DNA from: Eledone cirrhosa
Lineage: Eukaryota
Reading direction: 5' to 3'
Length of the DNA stretch: 64,000 nucleotides
Assembly (NCBI GenBank): GCA_964016885.1
Contig: OZ024746.1
Coordinates: 27,776,001-27,840,000, forward strand
The notes under the pieces were generated by a model that was given only the letters and a program-made list of their open reading frames with translations, was not told where the DNA came from and ran no database searches. Below, piece after piece: positions 13,569-27,306 of the stretch. A program made the translations under genes and the position numbers. Numbering within the stretch: position 1 is the first letter of the stretch; every line of letters begins with the position of its first letter.

Positions 13569-16500
13569 TTACAGACACATACTCAGAGAAGGCCCATTCA
13601 TTCGGGCCATACTTGCTTCTCTCACCCATCTTTCAACAAAATGCTGGAAAGAGAGCACTTCCATCTCTACCCTGATTTTCCTTTTCAAATGAAATTTGAA
13701 AAAGTTAATCAGGGCATCACCGAAGAGGTAAGTGCTCGTCTTCAGCCCTTTCAAACGTGTCCACCATACTATCTCTTTCGCCATGGCCACCAGACAGATA
13801 ACAACTGCCTACCCTTCCCGGCTAAAGGAAGAGGGCGGGACAATCCTCACGATGGACTCAGCTGATAGCTGGATCCGTCCTACACGTGACAGCAGGTGTT
13901 CGACATAAACTCACAAGTCAGCAATGCTCGGACACTGGACGAGTGCGTGCAGGACAGTTTCGTCGCCCTGCGCGCATCTCGGACATGCCCTGCTGACGGC
14001 ACCTCCATGCCTGTAGAGTTTATCCCGAACTGGCAAAGCTCCCCGGTAGCACTGCCAGGCCAGGGATTTCTGGAAGTTGTCCATAGGCCCCGGCCCGAAA
14101 GTCCGTCCGAAGAGATTGGCTAGTTGATTTTCGTCGACGCCTAGAGTTTCTCCAAGTACGTCGTCGCTCTTCCCCTCCACTAATCCCATATAGAACGCCA
14201 AGGTGGAGTTTCCACCGATCACATTGCCCGATTGGTCGAGGGCTGTGAGCGCCTGAAGACATTCCAGTCTCCAAGCGCTCCCTCTCGGTCTTCGCTTGAC
14301 CCAGGACTGCAGCTCCGTCAAGGAGACGAGCTGGGGAAAAACGTGTCTAGCAAACGGCGACCACACCTGATCACCGTCGAGGAAGAGGTGGAGATGTCGT
14401 AGCCTGAGCGCGTGTCTGCGCATCATCAGCCACGGCATGCCCAGCCTTCCACGTAGCGGGTGTTGACAGCAGATAGACCGCCTGACCATCGGAGCGCGTC
14501 CCTTCCACAAAAAGCGAAAGAGCAAACGCTGCAGCGCAGTCAGGAGAGACTTAGGACAAGGTACGACGGTCAGGCGGTAGCAGATGACAGACGCGATGTA
14601 CGCGTTAGCCACCTCCGCTCGACCTTTCAGGGATAGCTTCCCCTCCGCCCATTTCTGGGTGAGAGAAGCCACCCTGCTCGTCACCTCGTCCCAGTTTTTG
14701 TCCGTCTGGAGGTCCGGACCGAACCAGACCCCTAGCAATTTAACCGGTCCGTCCGTCCAGCGTCCGACGACGCTGTTGGACGGCATGGACCTGCCTCTCC
14801 AGGTGCCGAGCTGCAGGCCCACTGACTTTTCCTGGTTGATCATTGCTCCTGTCACCGCTTCGTATTCTCTTAGTGTAGTGCCGATCGCCTCGATGTGTTT
14901 GGCGTTCGACACCACTACGGTGACATCGTCGGCATATGCTGACACGGATATTCCGCATCCTAGTTCGCGCGGGACCCCCTCAACGTCTCCAGTTTGTGCA
15001 GTAATGGCTCGAGAGTCAATACGTACAAGAGGGACAAGAGGGGACATCCTTGGCGGACCGAGCGCATGATGTTGAACGGTTCCGACAGGTGACCGTTCAC
15101 TCTCACCACAGAGCAGATATCGCTGTGCATGGCAGCGATCCAGCCTCTGAAGACGGGCCCAAAGCCAGCCGCCCTCAGTCTGCCGCTAGGTAACGATGGT
15201 CGACCCTATCGAAAGCTTTCGACTGATCTAAATTGATCAAGGACCCATCCGTGCCAGGTTCCCTAGCTACCCTCTCTACGATGTATCGCATGAGGTGGAG
15301 GTTGTCGTGGATGGATCTGTCGGGAATGGCGCATGTCTGCGCCTCTCCCACCAGACCACCAACGACAAGCGCCAACCTCTTTGCTAGCACCTTGGCCAAA
15401 ATCTTGAACTCCTATTTAGCAGAGTTATGGGCCGTCAATTATCTATGTTATCCCCCTTGTTCGGATCCTTTCTCAGCAGTGCCACCGCTCCTCGGCTCAC
15501 AGAACTGAGAATTCTCCCGTTCTGTTGCCAGTTGCAGTAGACGCCCGCCAAGAGGCCTCCGAACAAGTCTGGCATCTGTACGTAAAGTTCATAGGGCAGA
15601 CCATCCAAACCAGGCGATTTACCCCTTGTGCAGCCTCCCTTACTTCAGCGGCTGTTATCGGCTTTTCGCAACACTTCGCCTCAGTGGCCGAGAGCCGCGG
15701 CAGTCCTTCGAGGTAGACACTAAAGTTCATCCCTCGACCCGGCTCACCGCTGCCCCCGAACAGCTGAGCGAAGTGTCGCTGAAAAGCTTCACACATTTGC
15801 CCGGGATCGAGTAGCATGCGTCCGTCGTGGTCCACCAAAGACCAGATCGTTCTTTGTTGCCACGACGCGCCTCCGCCACTCGGGCCCATTGAACGGTTTT
15901 TGTCCCCTCGTGTCTGAGAGCACGCACCCTTGCTCTGACAACGCAGCCTTCGTGCTTTGCATTGAAGAATTGGTCAAGGGCCAATTTCGCCGCAAGCACG
16001 TCGGTCGCAATGCCTTTGCTAAGCGCCTCGTCTAATTTTCTAACTAGTTCTCCCTCTGCTCTATTTTTATCTATTGCTAAAGCCTTACTAAACCTAATCG
16101 ATTCTATTCTAATCGCTCTTTTCAGAGCAAACCACCACTTGTTGTTGACGATGGACCCCGTCAACGCCCGCTTAACTAGTTCGCTAATCCGGTCTCTGTA
16201 GGCCTTGCGCGCTGGTAAGGACGCGTTTAGCTTCCAGTAGCCGGGTCCTCGTCTATGAAGCCTATCTAAGTGAAGCACACAGATCACGAATTTGTGGTCC
16301 GTGTAGCTGACTATCTTGAATTGTGGACAGCCTATGCTAGACCTATCTATTTCCCTACAAAATACTCTATCTAGATATGATCTGGATGACCCTATGCGAT
16401 TTGTCCAAGTCCACATTGGCACATTCGGGAAATCCAATCGGTACCTGTCAGAGAGTTCAAAACGCCTGAGCAGGTTGGTGAGGCTCTTGCACCCTCCACC

Positions 16501-16974
16501 CCTATAGGCTAATCCCACACAGTCCCAGCGTGCATCTAAGATCCCGTTCCAGTCGCCCACTAACACTAAAGAGCGGGACGTTCCAAGAAAGGTCTCCAGA
16601 CGCCGGAAGAAATCAGGCCGCCCTGCTCCTATCGGGGCATAGACGGCCACTAGCCTGAAAGCTTGCCCGTCTCCGCTGGTCACGTCCAGCACCACCAACT
16701 TACCCTCTGGGTCCAGGAAGATGGCCCGTATGGCGAGATCCAAACCTCTCCGAAAAAGCACAGCAACTCCTCCCCCCGATCTAGGACGGCTGGGAGATGC
16801 GTACACATCGTAGCCGCCGAAGACCGGTGCGAAGGCCCGTGCTTCGGAGATTCTGGTCTCGCTGATGGCCACTACATCTATGTTTAGTGACCTGAGGTCG
16901 TTGAGCAGGTGACCCTGCTTCCATGACGACCCCAAGCCACGCGCATTTATGCTGCCTATTCTGAGTGAGGTCAT
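13569..16974 (-). pseudogene. ORF2 (APE endonuclease, reverse transcriptase, C-terminal zinc finger), multiply frameshifted
   Basis: SINARGL, AISET, GGGVA, VYAP, GDWN, SYLDR, TDHK, GPGYWKLN; LDQSKAFDRV, RQGCP, AYADDV; CPRC..ETVLHALVQC. Split over at least five ORFs. Confidence 0.93.
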
Positions 16975-17009
16975 GTTTAAAATAGAGTGGAAAAGATGGG
17001 AAAGACCAC

Positions 17010-19086
17010 TTACCGTACTTTTCGTAGAGGAGGGATGGTTTTTACATCCCTTTTCACTTGATCGTCTGGTAAAGGGACCGTTGAATCGTCCCTTCGGCTG
17101 GTCGTCGGCTCTTCTATGAGTATGTCCGAATATACTCTTCGATTGATAGTTCCTCCTAGGTCCCTGAAATCACCAACTGCGTTGGGGAATTTCGTTTTAA
17201 TGTTTGTGTATTGTTTCTGTGCTATTTTTAGCAGTCTTATGTTAGTTGGCGTTTTGATTGGTGCTGGTATTATGTAGTCGTGTTGTGAAATGTCTGTGTG
17301 TTCAATTATGTAAGTCATTAGTTTCTTGTTGTGTGTATTTATTGCCGTGCATTTGTTTTTCTGGGGGTGGGGTGTGGTTCTGCTATTTTCTTGTCGTTGT
17401 TGCTGGGTGTGTGTGTTTTGTTGTTGTGTTTCCGATGTTGGTGCTTGTGGTGGTGGTGTTGAAGGTGTTGTTGGCGGTGGGGTTGTCGCCGGTGGTGATG
17501 GTGGTGCTAGTGTGGGTGGTGATGGTGTTGGTGGTGTTGCTGCTGTGAGTCTCTTTGCAGTAGCGTTTACCCTTTTTTCATTTCTTTCCTCCCTTTTCGA
17601 AGGCGACGATGCGCTGCTTCTGCGTTTGTGCCTTCTTACGACCTTTTGCCATCCCTCTCCCACCTCACACTCCATGTCTGTTTCTGTGAGGTCGGGGAGG
17701 GGTACCAACTCCACTCTTTCACTTGTTGTTGTTGGTGATGTTTGCACTGGAGTCTCTGTTGTAGCTGCATTTGGTATTGCTGTTGTTGTTGTTAATATTT
17801 CCACTGCTGCTGCTGTTTTTGATTTCCGTGGCGTGGGTAAGGGTGCCACGGACCTATCGTTCCTGGTTGCCGCTTGTCCTGTTGCTGGTAGCTGTGGAGT
17901 CGGTTTCGGAAGGAGGGGGGTTTTCTCCTTTCTCAGGGTCTTCTCGTTGCAGAAGGCCCTGAGGTGAGTCTTCGATCCACAGCGAAAGCATTTCGGGCGT
18001 TTGCCCTCAACACTTATGGGCAGTTGAGTGCCGTTATCGAAGTCTATCACATCCGGGATAGCTTCGATGCACTCCTGGTTGGTTTGGATTAACATCTCAA
18101 TGGAGGTGCCGACCCAGTCTTCTCTTACTTTTTTCTGTACTTGCTGTACCATTGTTTTGTCCTCGATTCCGACGAGGACAGACGCAGCGAGCCAAGAAGG
18201 AGCCATCCCGGGGGTGGGGGGTGGGGGCGTGGGTCAGTTTGACCCTCACAATTTTTTGCCCGCAGTAGGAGGGCACCAACACCATTTCCTCGCTCCTTAG
18301 GGTCACTACGGATTGAGCCTTTGCCTCCTGGGGTGTGGCAAAAAGTACGTCTACGGTGGCATATTTTTTGCCTCGGGTGATGTGCGTTTTCCGCTGCCAC
18401 ACAGACCCCAAGGCTTTTTGTATTTGAGCCTCTGTGGCTCTTTCAACCCTACGGAATTTTGTACTTACTGTACGGTACGTGACCGTACAGTGCTGTTGGG
18501 TTTCGAAAAAATTTTGCGCTGCCTTGCAGATTACTCGGTGTCCGGTCTTTGTCACCATCTTCTTCGCTTCCTCTAATTCCTCATTTGTTATGAGGATTGT
18601 TTCCAGGTTCTTCGCGATACCTGCAAACGAGATTGGTTTTTCTTTGCTGCTGTTGTTGTTGTCGTCAGAGCTGCTGTTACTTTTGTTGTTGCTGCAGGTA
18701 CTACGACTACTGCCTCCCCCGCTGTTGCTGTGGTTGTTGTTGGTGTTGCTGCTGCTAATGCTGTTGTTGTTTATGCTGCTGGTGATGCTGTTGCGGTTGC
18801 TACTGTTGTTTGCATTGTCACTGTTGCTGTTGTTATTACGGCTGCTACTGCTATTATTCCTGACGTCAGACGAATGAAATGGGTTTTCGTATTTCCCGCA
18901 CACCTGTTTCGTCGTTGTCGTCGTGGAGAAATCTTGCACGCTTTGCACGAGACTTTTCTTTTCTGTCGTCGCTTGCGAAAGAGAAGGGAGGGAGAGAGAC
19001 AATCTTCTCTCTGCTGTAGTGATGATTGAGGAAGAAGAAGACGGAATGAGTGGGAGTGACCTATGAATATTCTTTTTCGTAGCCAT
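17010..19086 (-). pseudogene. ORF1 (gag-like nucleic-acid-binding protein), frameshifted near 18210
   Basis: ORFs 18097-19086 and 17010-18206 overlap at a G-run. ISVEGKRPKCFRCGSKTHLRAFC knuckle, N/S-rich and P/T-rich regions. Lies immediately upstream of ORF2. Confidence 0.85.
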
Positions 19087-19303
19087 GTTGTTTTTTTTTG
19101 TTTAAAATAAATATTGGGCACAAAACCCCAATAAGCAGTTATTTAACCCCGAAGGGCCAAATAACGGGCAGAAAGACCCCTCTCACGAGGAGGAGGGTGT
19201 TTTTGTCTACAAGTTCGTTAAAGTTTTAAACAATTTACAATTGTTATAGCGTTCAAAATTTACAATACCTTACAGAGCCGAGCCTCCGTCAACCATAGCA
19301 TTC

Positions 19304-19450
19304 AATAATAATAATAATAATTGTTTCTACTTTTTGGCACAAGGCCAGCAATTATCCCAGTACATTACTGGTACTTTATTTTATCGACCCCGTAAGGATG
19401 AAAGGCAAAGTAAACCTCGGCGGGAATTGAACTCAGATCGTAAAGGGACG
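19304..19450 (-). mobile_element. 5'-truncated SINE whose (ATT)n tail abuts the Tx1 LINE 5' end
   Basis: Same SINE body and tail as 12428-13278. Confidence 0.9.
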
Positions 19451-19468
19451 ATAATAATAATAATAATA

Positions 19469-19802
19469 GCCCATTCGACACGAGAATGCAAGAGAAGGGG
19501 AGGGAGAAAATTAACCGACACCAGGACTTAAAGTGGGAGGTGAAAAGGATTTGGAACTGCCATGAAGTCAAAGTGGTCCCGATTGTCATAGGCGCACTAG
19601 GTACTATCTCAAAATGTTTCCAGGGATGGTTAAAGAAAATTGGTCCCTTCACGCTTTTTGGAATGCTTCAAAAGGCATGCTTGCTGGGAACAGCAAGAAC
19701 CCTCCGATACGTCCTGAATATCTGAGGCTGCAGGTAGTGGCTTGATATTCATTTCAACAAACTTTTCAGTTAACTAACATCAATGACTGAGACTCAAAGA
19801 GT
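19469..19802 (+). mobile_element. R4/Dong-clade LINE 3' end (restriction-like endonuclease) in (AAT)n
   Basis: EKINRHQDLKWEVKRIW..KVVPIVIGALG...LQKACLLGTARTLRYVL. (AAT)n at 19451-19468 and 19803-19823, matching the known TAA-repeat target of Dong elements. Confidence 0.88.
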
Positions 19803-19879
19803 AATAACAATAATAATAATAATAGTTTCTAATTTAGGCATAAGACCAGTAATTTTGATGAAGGAAGGTCGATTAAATC

Positions 19880-20100
19880 AGATGCAGTAAGTCTAAAGAT
19901 ATATCAATTGAAATTGTGAAAATGTGGCATCTTAAATCCTGTACAATACCAGTGATACTCGGTGCACATGGAATACAATAAAGATTTACAATAAAGAGGA
20001 ACTGAAACATGATAGCTTGTACTGGATAGCTGGAATTCCATCTCTGCAAGTCATACAGCAAATAGTACTCATTGGTACTGTCCAGCGCATTATCAATTTA
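19880..20100 (+). pseudogene. Second, more degraded R4/Dong endonuclease fragment
   Basis: KDISIEIVKMWHLKSCTIPVILGAHG...IQQIVLIGT. Confidence 0.65.
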
Positions 20101-20160
20101 GAACCTTGCAATTACATTTGCTGTTGTTTGTACCCCTGTGGCATATATGTATATATATAT

Positions 20161-20364
20161 ATATATTAATAATAGATCGGAGGCCATATTTAGTTGATTC
20201 AGGTCTATTTAAATAAACATGAATCAACTGAATATGGCCTCCGATCTTTTATTAATATATAATGCTCTGTCTTGTAGCATTTATACAGGTCGTTGAGCGC
20301 TTCTGTTTATCTGCTTCACAACCGTCAGATGTGTGACCCGCTCATCTCTGTTCTGTTAAACCCT

Positions 20365-20368
<4 letters not shown>
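20161..20368 (+). mobile_element. Short palindromic PLE-like insertion (41-bp arms plus ~108-bp tail) in (TA)n
   Basis: Arms 20161-20201 and 20220-20260, unique tail 20261-20368, (TA)n on both sides. Confidence 0.6.
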
Positions 20369-20392
<24 letters not shown>

Positions 20393-20400
<8 letters not shown>

Positions 20401-20707
20401 ATACTTTGGGAGGGTCATGTTGCCAATAAGAAAGCACGCACCAGTTGCTTTCACTTCAATTTAATTTATTAAAAATATTTATAAATTTACAAATTTATAA
20501 ATTTCTGGTTGGTTGGTTGGTTGGAACCAACCAACCAACCAGAAATTTATAAATTTGTAAATTTATAAATATTTTTAATAAATTAAATTGAAGTGAAAGC
20601 AACTGGTGCGTGTGTTTCTTATTGGCAACATGACCCTCCCAAAGTATAACAATATCGGTTTCAACACACGATTTCAGATAAAGAATCTTGCTAAACAAAT
20701 TCAGAAA

Positions 20708-20710
<3 letters not shown>
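20393..20710 (+). mobile_element. Palindromic insertion of the Naiad-type PLE 3' end
   Basis: Arms about 20393-20520 and 20526-20655, tail 20656-20710. Nearly identical to 63690-63874. Confidence 0.9.
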
Positions 20711-20771
<61 letters not shown>

Positions 20772-21301
20772 TGAATGAGATATGAAATGTTTATATAAGG
20801 TATATAAAGAATGCTTTTTCCTTCCTACGTGTATAAATTTTTGCACAGATGCATATTGAAAGGGTAAGCAGGTGAAGTCTGTTCTTTCATCAACATTCAC
20901 TGCTGTCTCCTATACTTACTCAGACAAACAGTTATGCTAGTTCTCTCACCTAATTTATTTCTAATCATTGCATTTAACCCTAGTGTGGTTAATTAAAACT
21001 AATTGAAGTTCTCTTGTTAATTAAAACATTGTAAATAATCGAAGTCACGCTTCATTTTACTGATACATACATATTTTCATATATCTGCGCAGATGTTCAC
21101 ACTTGCATCCATAAAACATGCACGTATGGCATTCTATAATTGAATGCATGGAGTATATTGTATAAGTATGTATGCCTGCTGCGGTTGACGGTATGTATAT
21201 ATTCATGTATATATGCATGCAATTATGATTATATATATATGAGTGTGTGTGTGTATGTATGTAAATACGCATATCATTCTATATATCATTCTATATATTC
21301 A

Positions 21302-21385
<84 letters not shown>

Positions 21386-22405
21386 CGCGTGTGTATGTGT
21401 GTGTGTGTATAAGTGTATGTGCATATACGATAAACTCGATTAAAAATATTTTTCTATGCAATTATCTATTTTCTTTATTTCTTCAAGAAATCTTTGCTTC
21501 TTTCTCATTTATATATGTTTCATTGTTTCCTCCTGTTTTTTCTTTCACCCAATCTTTTCCCTTTTTGTGGATCGTCATTGTTAAAGATAATGTGTGTATA
21601 TGACAACAACGACCTACATTTTAGGCGCGAAATTATCTGCTGATAATGTGAAGAAAAATTCATCGATTATATATTTCTAGGTGCCATTACTGATAAAACT
21701 ACAGTTTACAAAAGAAATGTTATTGAATATATATACAATGATGGCAATAAGGAATGGCATATCGCAAGTAAATACAACAGCACATTTTTTATTAATTTCT
21801 CGTGAGAAGAGCGTTGTGTTTGAACGCCATTTTCTTATAATACACGAGTTACTACCAAACAGAAATCGTTAAAATATGTATTGATTTGCACACCTCAGCA
21901 GATGTGTGAAAATATACAAATGCATTTATTTACTTGTGATTTTAAATCGTATTTTCGATGCAAGTAATACAATTACTCTTTTTATATGTATAAAGCATAA
22001 ATATATTTTAATTAAGAAATAATCGATGAGGAAAGATAAACTTAAATATTTATATTATCAATTCATAATTTCATTATAAAAGTACGCTGACCTCATATTT
22101 AAGTAATAAGGTGTGTTTAATTATTTCCATTCCACTTTTTACAACATTAACTAAAGTATAATGTTAGTTAACTGCGAATAATCATCTTAATCATCGCTTT
22201 GGAAATATTCAGTCGTGCATTGCCTGTTACTACTTAAATAACCGAAACGATTAGGTTGGATCTCTGTAATTTTCGACGACTAGTGTTCACGTTGTTCGAT
22301 TAACAGGATAGCCTTTAACGTAATTCTCAGGGACGTTCAGTGTTACACAGTGTGTGACACGGCTGGCTCTTCGAATTGGAGATGTAGTTAATTCAACGCC
22401 TGTTA

Positions 22406-22740
22406 AGGTGCGTGGCTTAGTGGTAAAAGGGTCGGATTCACAATCGTGAAGTTGTGAGTCCAATTCCTGGACCGGGTGATGCGTTATGTCCTTGGACAAA
22501 ACACTTAATTTCACGTAGCTCCAGTTCACCCAGCTGTAGAAATTAGTTGTGATTTCACTGGTGTCAAGAGGTATTAACCTTTACCTTTCGCTTGAACAAC
22601 ATTGGTGGCATGGAGAGGGGAGGGTGGTATGCATAATCTTCCACGAAAATATCTTGCCCGAACTTATGGCTCAAAAGGGAAACTTTCTTGGTGCAAATCC
22701 CATGGTTATTCGTGACCGAAGGGGATCTTTAGCCTTAACC
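22406..22740 (+). mobile_element. tRNA-derived CORE-type SINE (other copies near 23830-23920 minus, 24600, 27052, 42140, 54075)
   Basis: A box GTGGCTTAGTGG, B-like GAGTCCAATTCC, CORE-like TGTCCTTGGACAAAACACTTAA..GCTCCAGT. Confidence 0.75.
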
Positions 22741-24272
22741 ATTCAATGAATTTCCAAACACTCAAAAGGATTAGGTTGACCCGTGGGTATGATAACTGAC
22801 ACATACACAAGATATCATGGAGTGTGATTAAACCCGAGACCTAATGATTGCAAAGGAAGCTTTTAACTATTTATCCATGCTGCCTATATATATATGCGTT
22901 AATATATCTATTAATCCTATTTCTCTTTTCTTTTTTTTTGTGTGAAAATTTAGTTTTATAAAGATACTATAACTGTTAAATAATAGAGATGGCTCCTCCA
23001 CAATGGACGAAGTCTAATATCATAAACGAATAATATTTACTGTTAATTACGATTCTGTATTGTTAAATATACTCCACACGTTGTATTCATAGCAAAGCGT
23101 TTTGATAGGGCAACTTATTTAACTAGTGGTAGGCTTCGTTCCTTTCAGTAGTTTTTATTATTTTTATTTTGTTTCAGTTTATATACGAAGAAGTCAATGG
23201 AAATGAGAGTGGACAAACCTCTTAAATAATTTTCACACTGAACTAATAAAACGAAGAATGATGTGTTGATTCAGATAATCTAACGGTTCAGTTAGAGTCG
23301 TCGAAATAAGAAGAATCTGTTTGAGAATTTCATATTCAAATAACGTTAACTTTGTTTATATAGACTAGTAGTTGAGAAAGCGGAGCTCTTAGAGAATGCG
23401 GTATAAGAAAGTGTGTGTGTATGTGCGTGTGTGTGTGTGTATGTGCGCGCGTCAGTGTGTGTGTATGTGCGTGTGTGTGTGTATGTGTGTGTGTGTGTGT
23501 GTGTTGGAAAACCATCGATTCCTACGCGTGTCACAGCTAATCGAACAACGGAACGACTTGCTTGGGGTATTAACATGCAAGTGGCCAAGCTTTCATAGAC
23601 ACGTGTATCCTTAACCAATTCAAGGGAAGGCATGGCTTGACACAATGTTTGTGACAAGGGTGGTCGTTTTAATTACAGGTACAATACACCTGGTATTATA
23701 ACGTATATGACTGAGTGTCCTACAGACACGTGTACTCTTAACGTAATTCTATTGAAGATTCAACGTGACAGAGTATGTGATGAGGCTGGCCCGTTCAATT
23801 ACAGTTACAATTCATTTTTCCGGTTGAAAGTTCTGTTCAAGGACACAACATGCCGCTAGGAATCGAACTGTAGTCTTTACGATAAGGAGGGAACATGCTA
23901 ACCACTAAGCTGCATGCCTTCAATAGCAGTATCAGTAGAGTGCACAAAAAGCCTTTCGTTTATATGCCATCGGAGGATACACATTGAATTAAGTTAAAAA
24001 TTGTTGTAATAATGTAGAGTAAATCTAGAATTACTAGTTAGCTAACTTAATAAACCCCTGAGGCTCTATAATTAGGAACTCACACTCAAGATTGGTATTG
24101 AATTATGGAGTACAGAAATTACATGAAATAAATACCGCAATATTTCTTAGAAATACATTAACTTTGCCAGTAACCTTCTTTTCTTGTGTATGTATGATAC
24201 TCTCATGGAATGACCGAATGAGGTTTATTTTTCAAAATAGACCCTAGAAAGAAAGAATGCAGTTATTAATAA

Positions 24273-24486
24273 GAAGAGTTGAAATAATAGTTTCTACTTT
24301 TGGCACAAGGCCAGCGATTACGCCAGTGCACCACTGGTACTTTATTTTATCGACCTCGTAAGGATGAAAGGCAAAGTTAACCTCGGCGGATTTGAACTCA
24401 GAACGAAACGGCCCATAACTATGCTGAAAAGCATGGTGTCTGACACTCTACCGATACTGCCAAACCAGCGAAGAGTTGAAATAATG
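24273..24486 (-). mobile_element. Full-length SINE with 16-bp target-site duplication
   Basis: GAAGAGTTGAAATAAT on both sides of the SINE. Confidence 0.9.
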
Positions 24487-27192
24487 CATGCAAGATTTCA
24501 CAGTTCTAGCATCATTCCTTCATAGTCAGTCTATGCATTTTTCAGCCGTCCCTCGTATATATGCAATGTATATAATGTATGAGCACGCAGACATGATTGA
24601 ATGTTTAAGAGACGCGCTCGCAATCATAAGCTCCCAGGTTCAACCTCTGCGTGGCCTGTTGGTCAAGTGTAACTTACTGTAGTCTTGGAACGGCCTGAGT
24701 CTTGTGAGCGAAATTGGGTTAACAGAAACTATATGTTAGCCCTCGAACGGACTGTAGCAGATTTACGACAATGGAATACTCAGACAAAACACTATAATAC
24801 AATAAAGACTTCGTGCAATTCAAGCTGCCAGCTTTGGCATATACATGTAACGCTGAAACTCCCTAATAATTATATGTATACACGTGTCTGTAGAATATTC
24901 AGTCACTTGTATGTTAATTTCATGATCTGTCCGTTCCGTTTACCGTACAAATAGAACACTCATCTTTGAAATCGACGGAGGTCCATTCCGTATTTATGTT
25001 TGTCTGGCATGTCAATTGATTAGTTTATAGAGGAAGAGATTAATTCTCATCATATCGTTATATAGAAATTAATTATTTATTGATAGTTTCACTTGAAAAA
25101 GCTGTTCAGCATAGAATAAGACGAGTAACAGCTGTTATTAGTTGATTTCTTCTACCGGCGCCTATAAACATGCTATGCTTCTCAAGAACGAGTTATATAA
25201 ACATTTACAGAGGACCGCTGACCCAGTGAATTCAGTAACTGCTTGTATAAATAACAATTTACAGCAGCATTATAAATGAAACACACGTTTCCATCGATAG
25301 GACTTATTTCGATGTTTCATTTCCAAAGATCGATGCGTCTTTGGCAAATTTATCTTCAACGTTTTTATCAGACTCCTCATCATATTTGAATTAGGGGACA
25401 ATCTCTTCTCTTACTTTTATTTTTTTTACTATTTCTATTTCTTTTTCCTTCCTTTTACCCCTTCTCTCTCATTTACGTTTCTCTTCCATGTTTGCACGTA
25501 CAAATTGATAAGTTGCTAGGACATGGAAAAAATCATTGCTTAGAAATAAATGGTAAAGAGTAAAGTAAATTTAAAAAAATTAGAAATCTTCGGAAGTTAG
25601 TTAACAAGAACGTTAAATCTGCTTCAATCCCAGTAGTTTTCATTTGACCTATTAAGGCGGCGAATTGGAAGAGTCGTAAGTGTTTCTGATAGAATGCCTT
25701 GCGATATTTGATCCGGGTCTCTGTACTCCGAGTCTAAATTCCACCGAAGCTAACTTAGTCTTTCATCCTCTCATGGTTGATAAATAAAGTATCAACCAGG
25801 AACTATGATCGATTTGTCCCACTTCACTGTCTCTATTTCTCTGGAAAAATCCGGATTTATTCAGACCTAGAGAGGAATGGGTTCCGCCAGGCGAAATTGT
25901 CTAAGACTCCGTCAGTGTTAAGTATCTATGGATTGAAGGTACATTTGAGATTTAGAAATTGCTAAGTTGCTAGCATATGGATATGTCAACGTTTCTAAAT
26001 GGAAATATGTAAAAGAAAAAGAAAAAGAAAATATAAACAATTGGAAATCTTCATAAATTTCACGAGTAGGTTCTCCTGTTGATCAAACATCAGGAGCACT
26101 TGTCGTCGACATCGACGGAGGTCCAAATAGGCATTCTTAGCAATAATGTCAAGTTACGAAGGAGCCTGTATGTGATCGCTGAATCAACTACAAATAGCAA
26201 CCATATACTATACATGCCATTCTATCCTCTAAAGAATAATTTGTGTCGAACAAAGATCACAAATGACATACAATTCATATAACGGCCAGCAGGCACTGTC
26301 GGATAACTTCTCTCTGTAAAGGAGTTGCTAGAACATTTATGATGTAGTCATTCTAAACCGGTAGAGAAGGTAACTTCATAAGCCTGTAGGCTGAAATCGA
26401 AACTAGTCGCACATCAGTACATCACGTCTATAGGGAAGCAACCTTTATCAAGTCTGTCATATACAATCAGTATAATTCATTTCATACCCATTTGCATTAG
26501 CCTATAACGAATACGTTAAATATTTCTTCTCCCTTACACAGGCTCACAAATATACACAGACTCACACAATCACACGGATTCACATATGCAAACGGATTCA
26601 CAAATACACATCGATACACAGAATCACACCGATTCACACATACTATTAAATATGTAAAAATGAAAATGTGTATATGTGTATATATGTGCGAGTTCATATA
26701 CACACACAGATAGACAGACACACACAAGCACACACATATTTACATTGTTCTCAGTAATATTTCATTACTGTAGAGTGGTAGTCAGCAATTTGCTGTAATT
26801 AAATCTTGTAAATTAAAAATTTGAACATGTGACTTTCTGTTTCATATTCCAACCATTCTATTTTTTTTTCTTTTTGCAACGTTGAAGCAAAACCTTCAAA
26901 TTATGTACCATGGGAATATTGCTTTAAAATCTATATATTAACAATTATCACGCCCTACATAAATGCTATATTATTCATATTGCATTTATTTTTACTATTG
27001 TGACAATGTTCAATTTCTTTTCAAATGTTAACCATATTAAGTGCAGTCATTGGTGTGTGGTTAAGGGCTTTGTCCACAAAACATATTGTTTTGGGTTCGG
27101 TCCTGCTGCATGGTACATTCAGCAAGATTTAGTATAGTCTTAGATTAAACTTTACTGTCTTTTTTGCGGTGGAAGGATACTCTAGAAGATGG

Positions 27193-27306
<114 letters not shown>

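Larger units (their letters stand above)
13287..19303 (-). mobile_element. Near full-length Tx1/L1-clade non-LTR retrotransposon
   Basis: 5' UTR, ORF1 with CCHC knuckle, ORF2 (APE-RT-zinc finger), 3' UTR with AATAAA, and (ATT)n tail at 13287-13325. (AAT)n is present at both junctions. Confidence 0.93.

Noticed and set aside
17258-18877. Plus-strand hydrophobic ORFs
   Set aside because: Antisense shadows of the low-complexity LINE ORF1.
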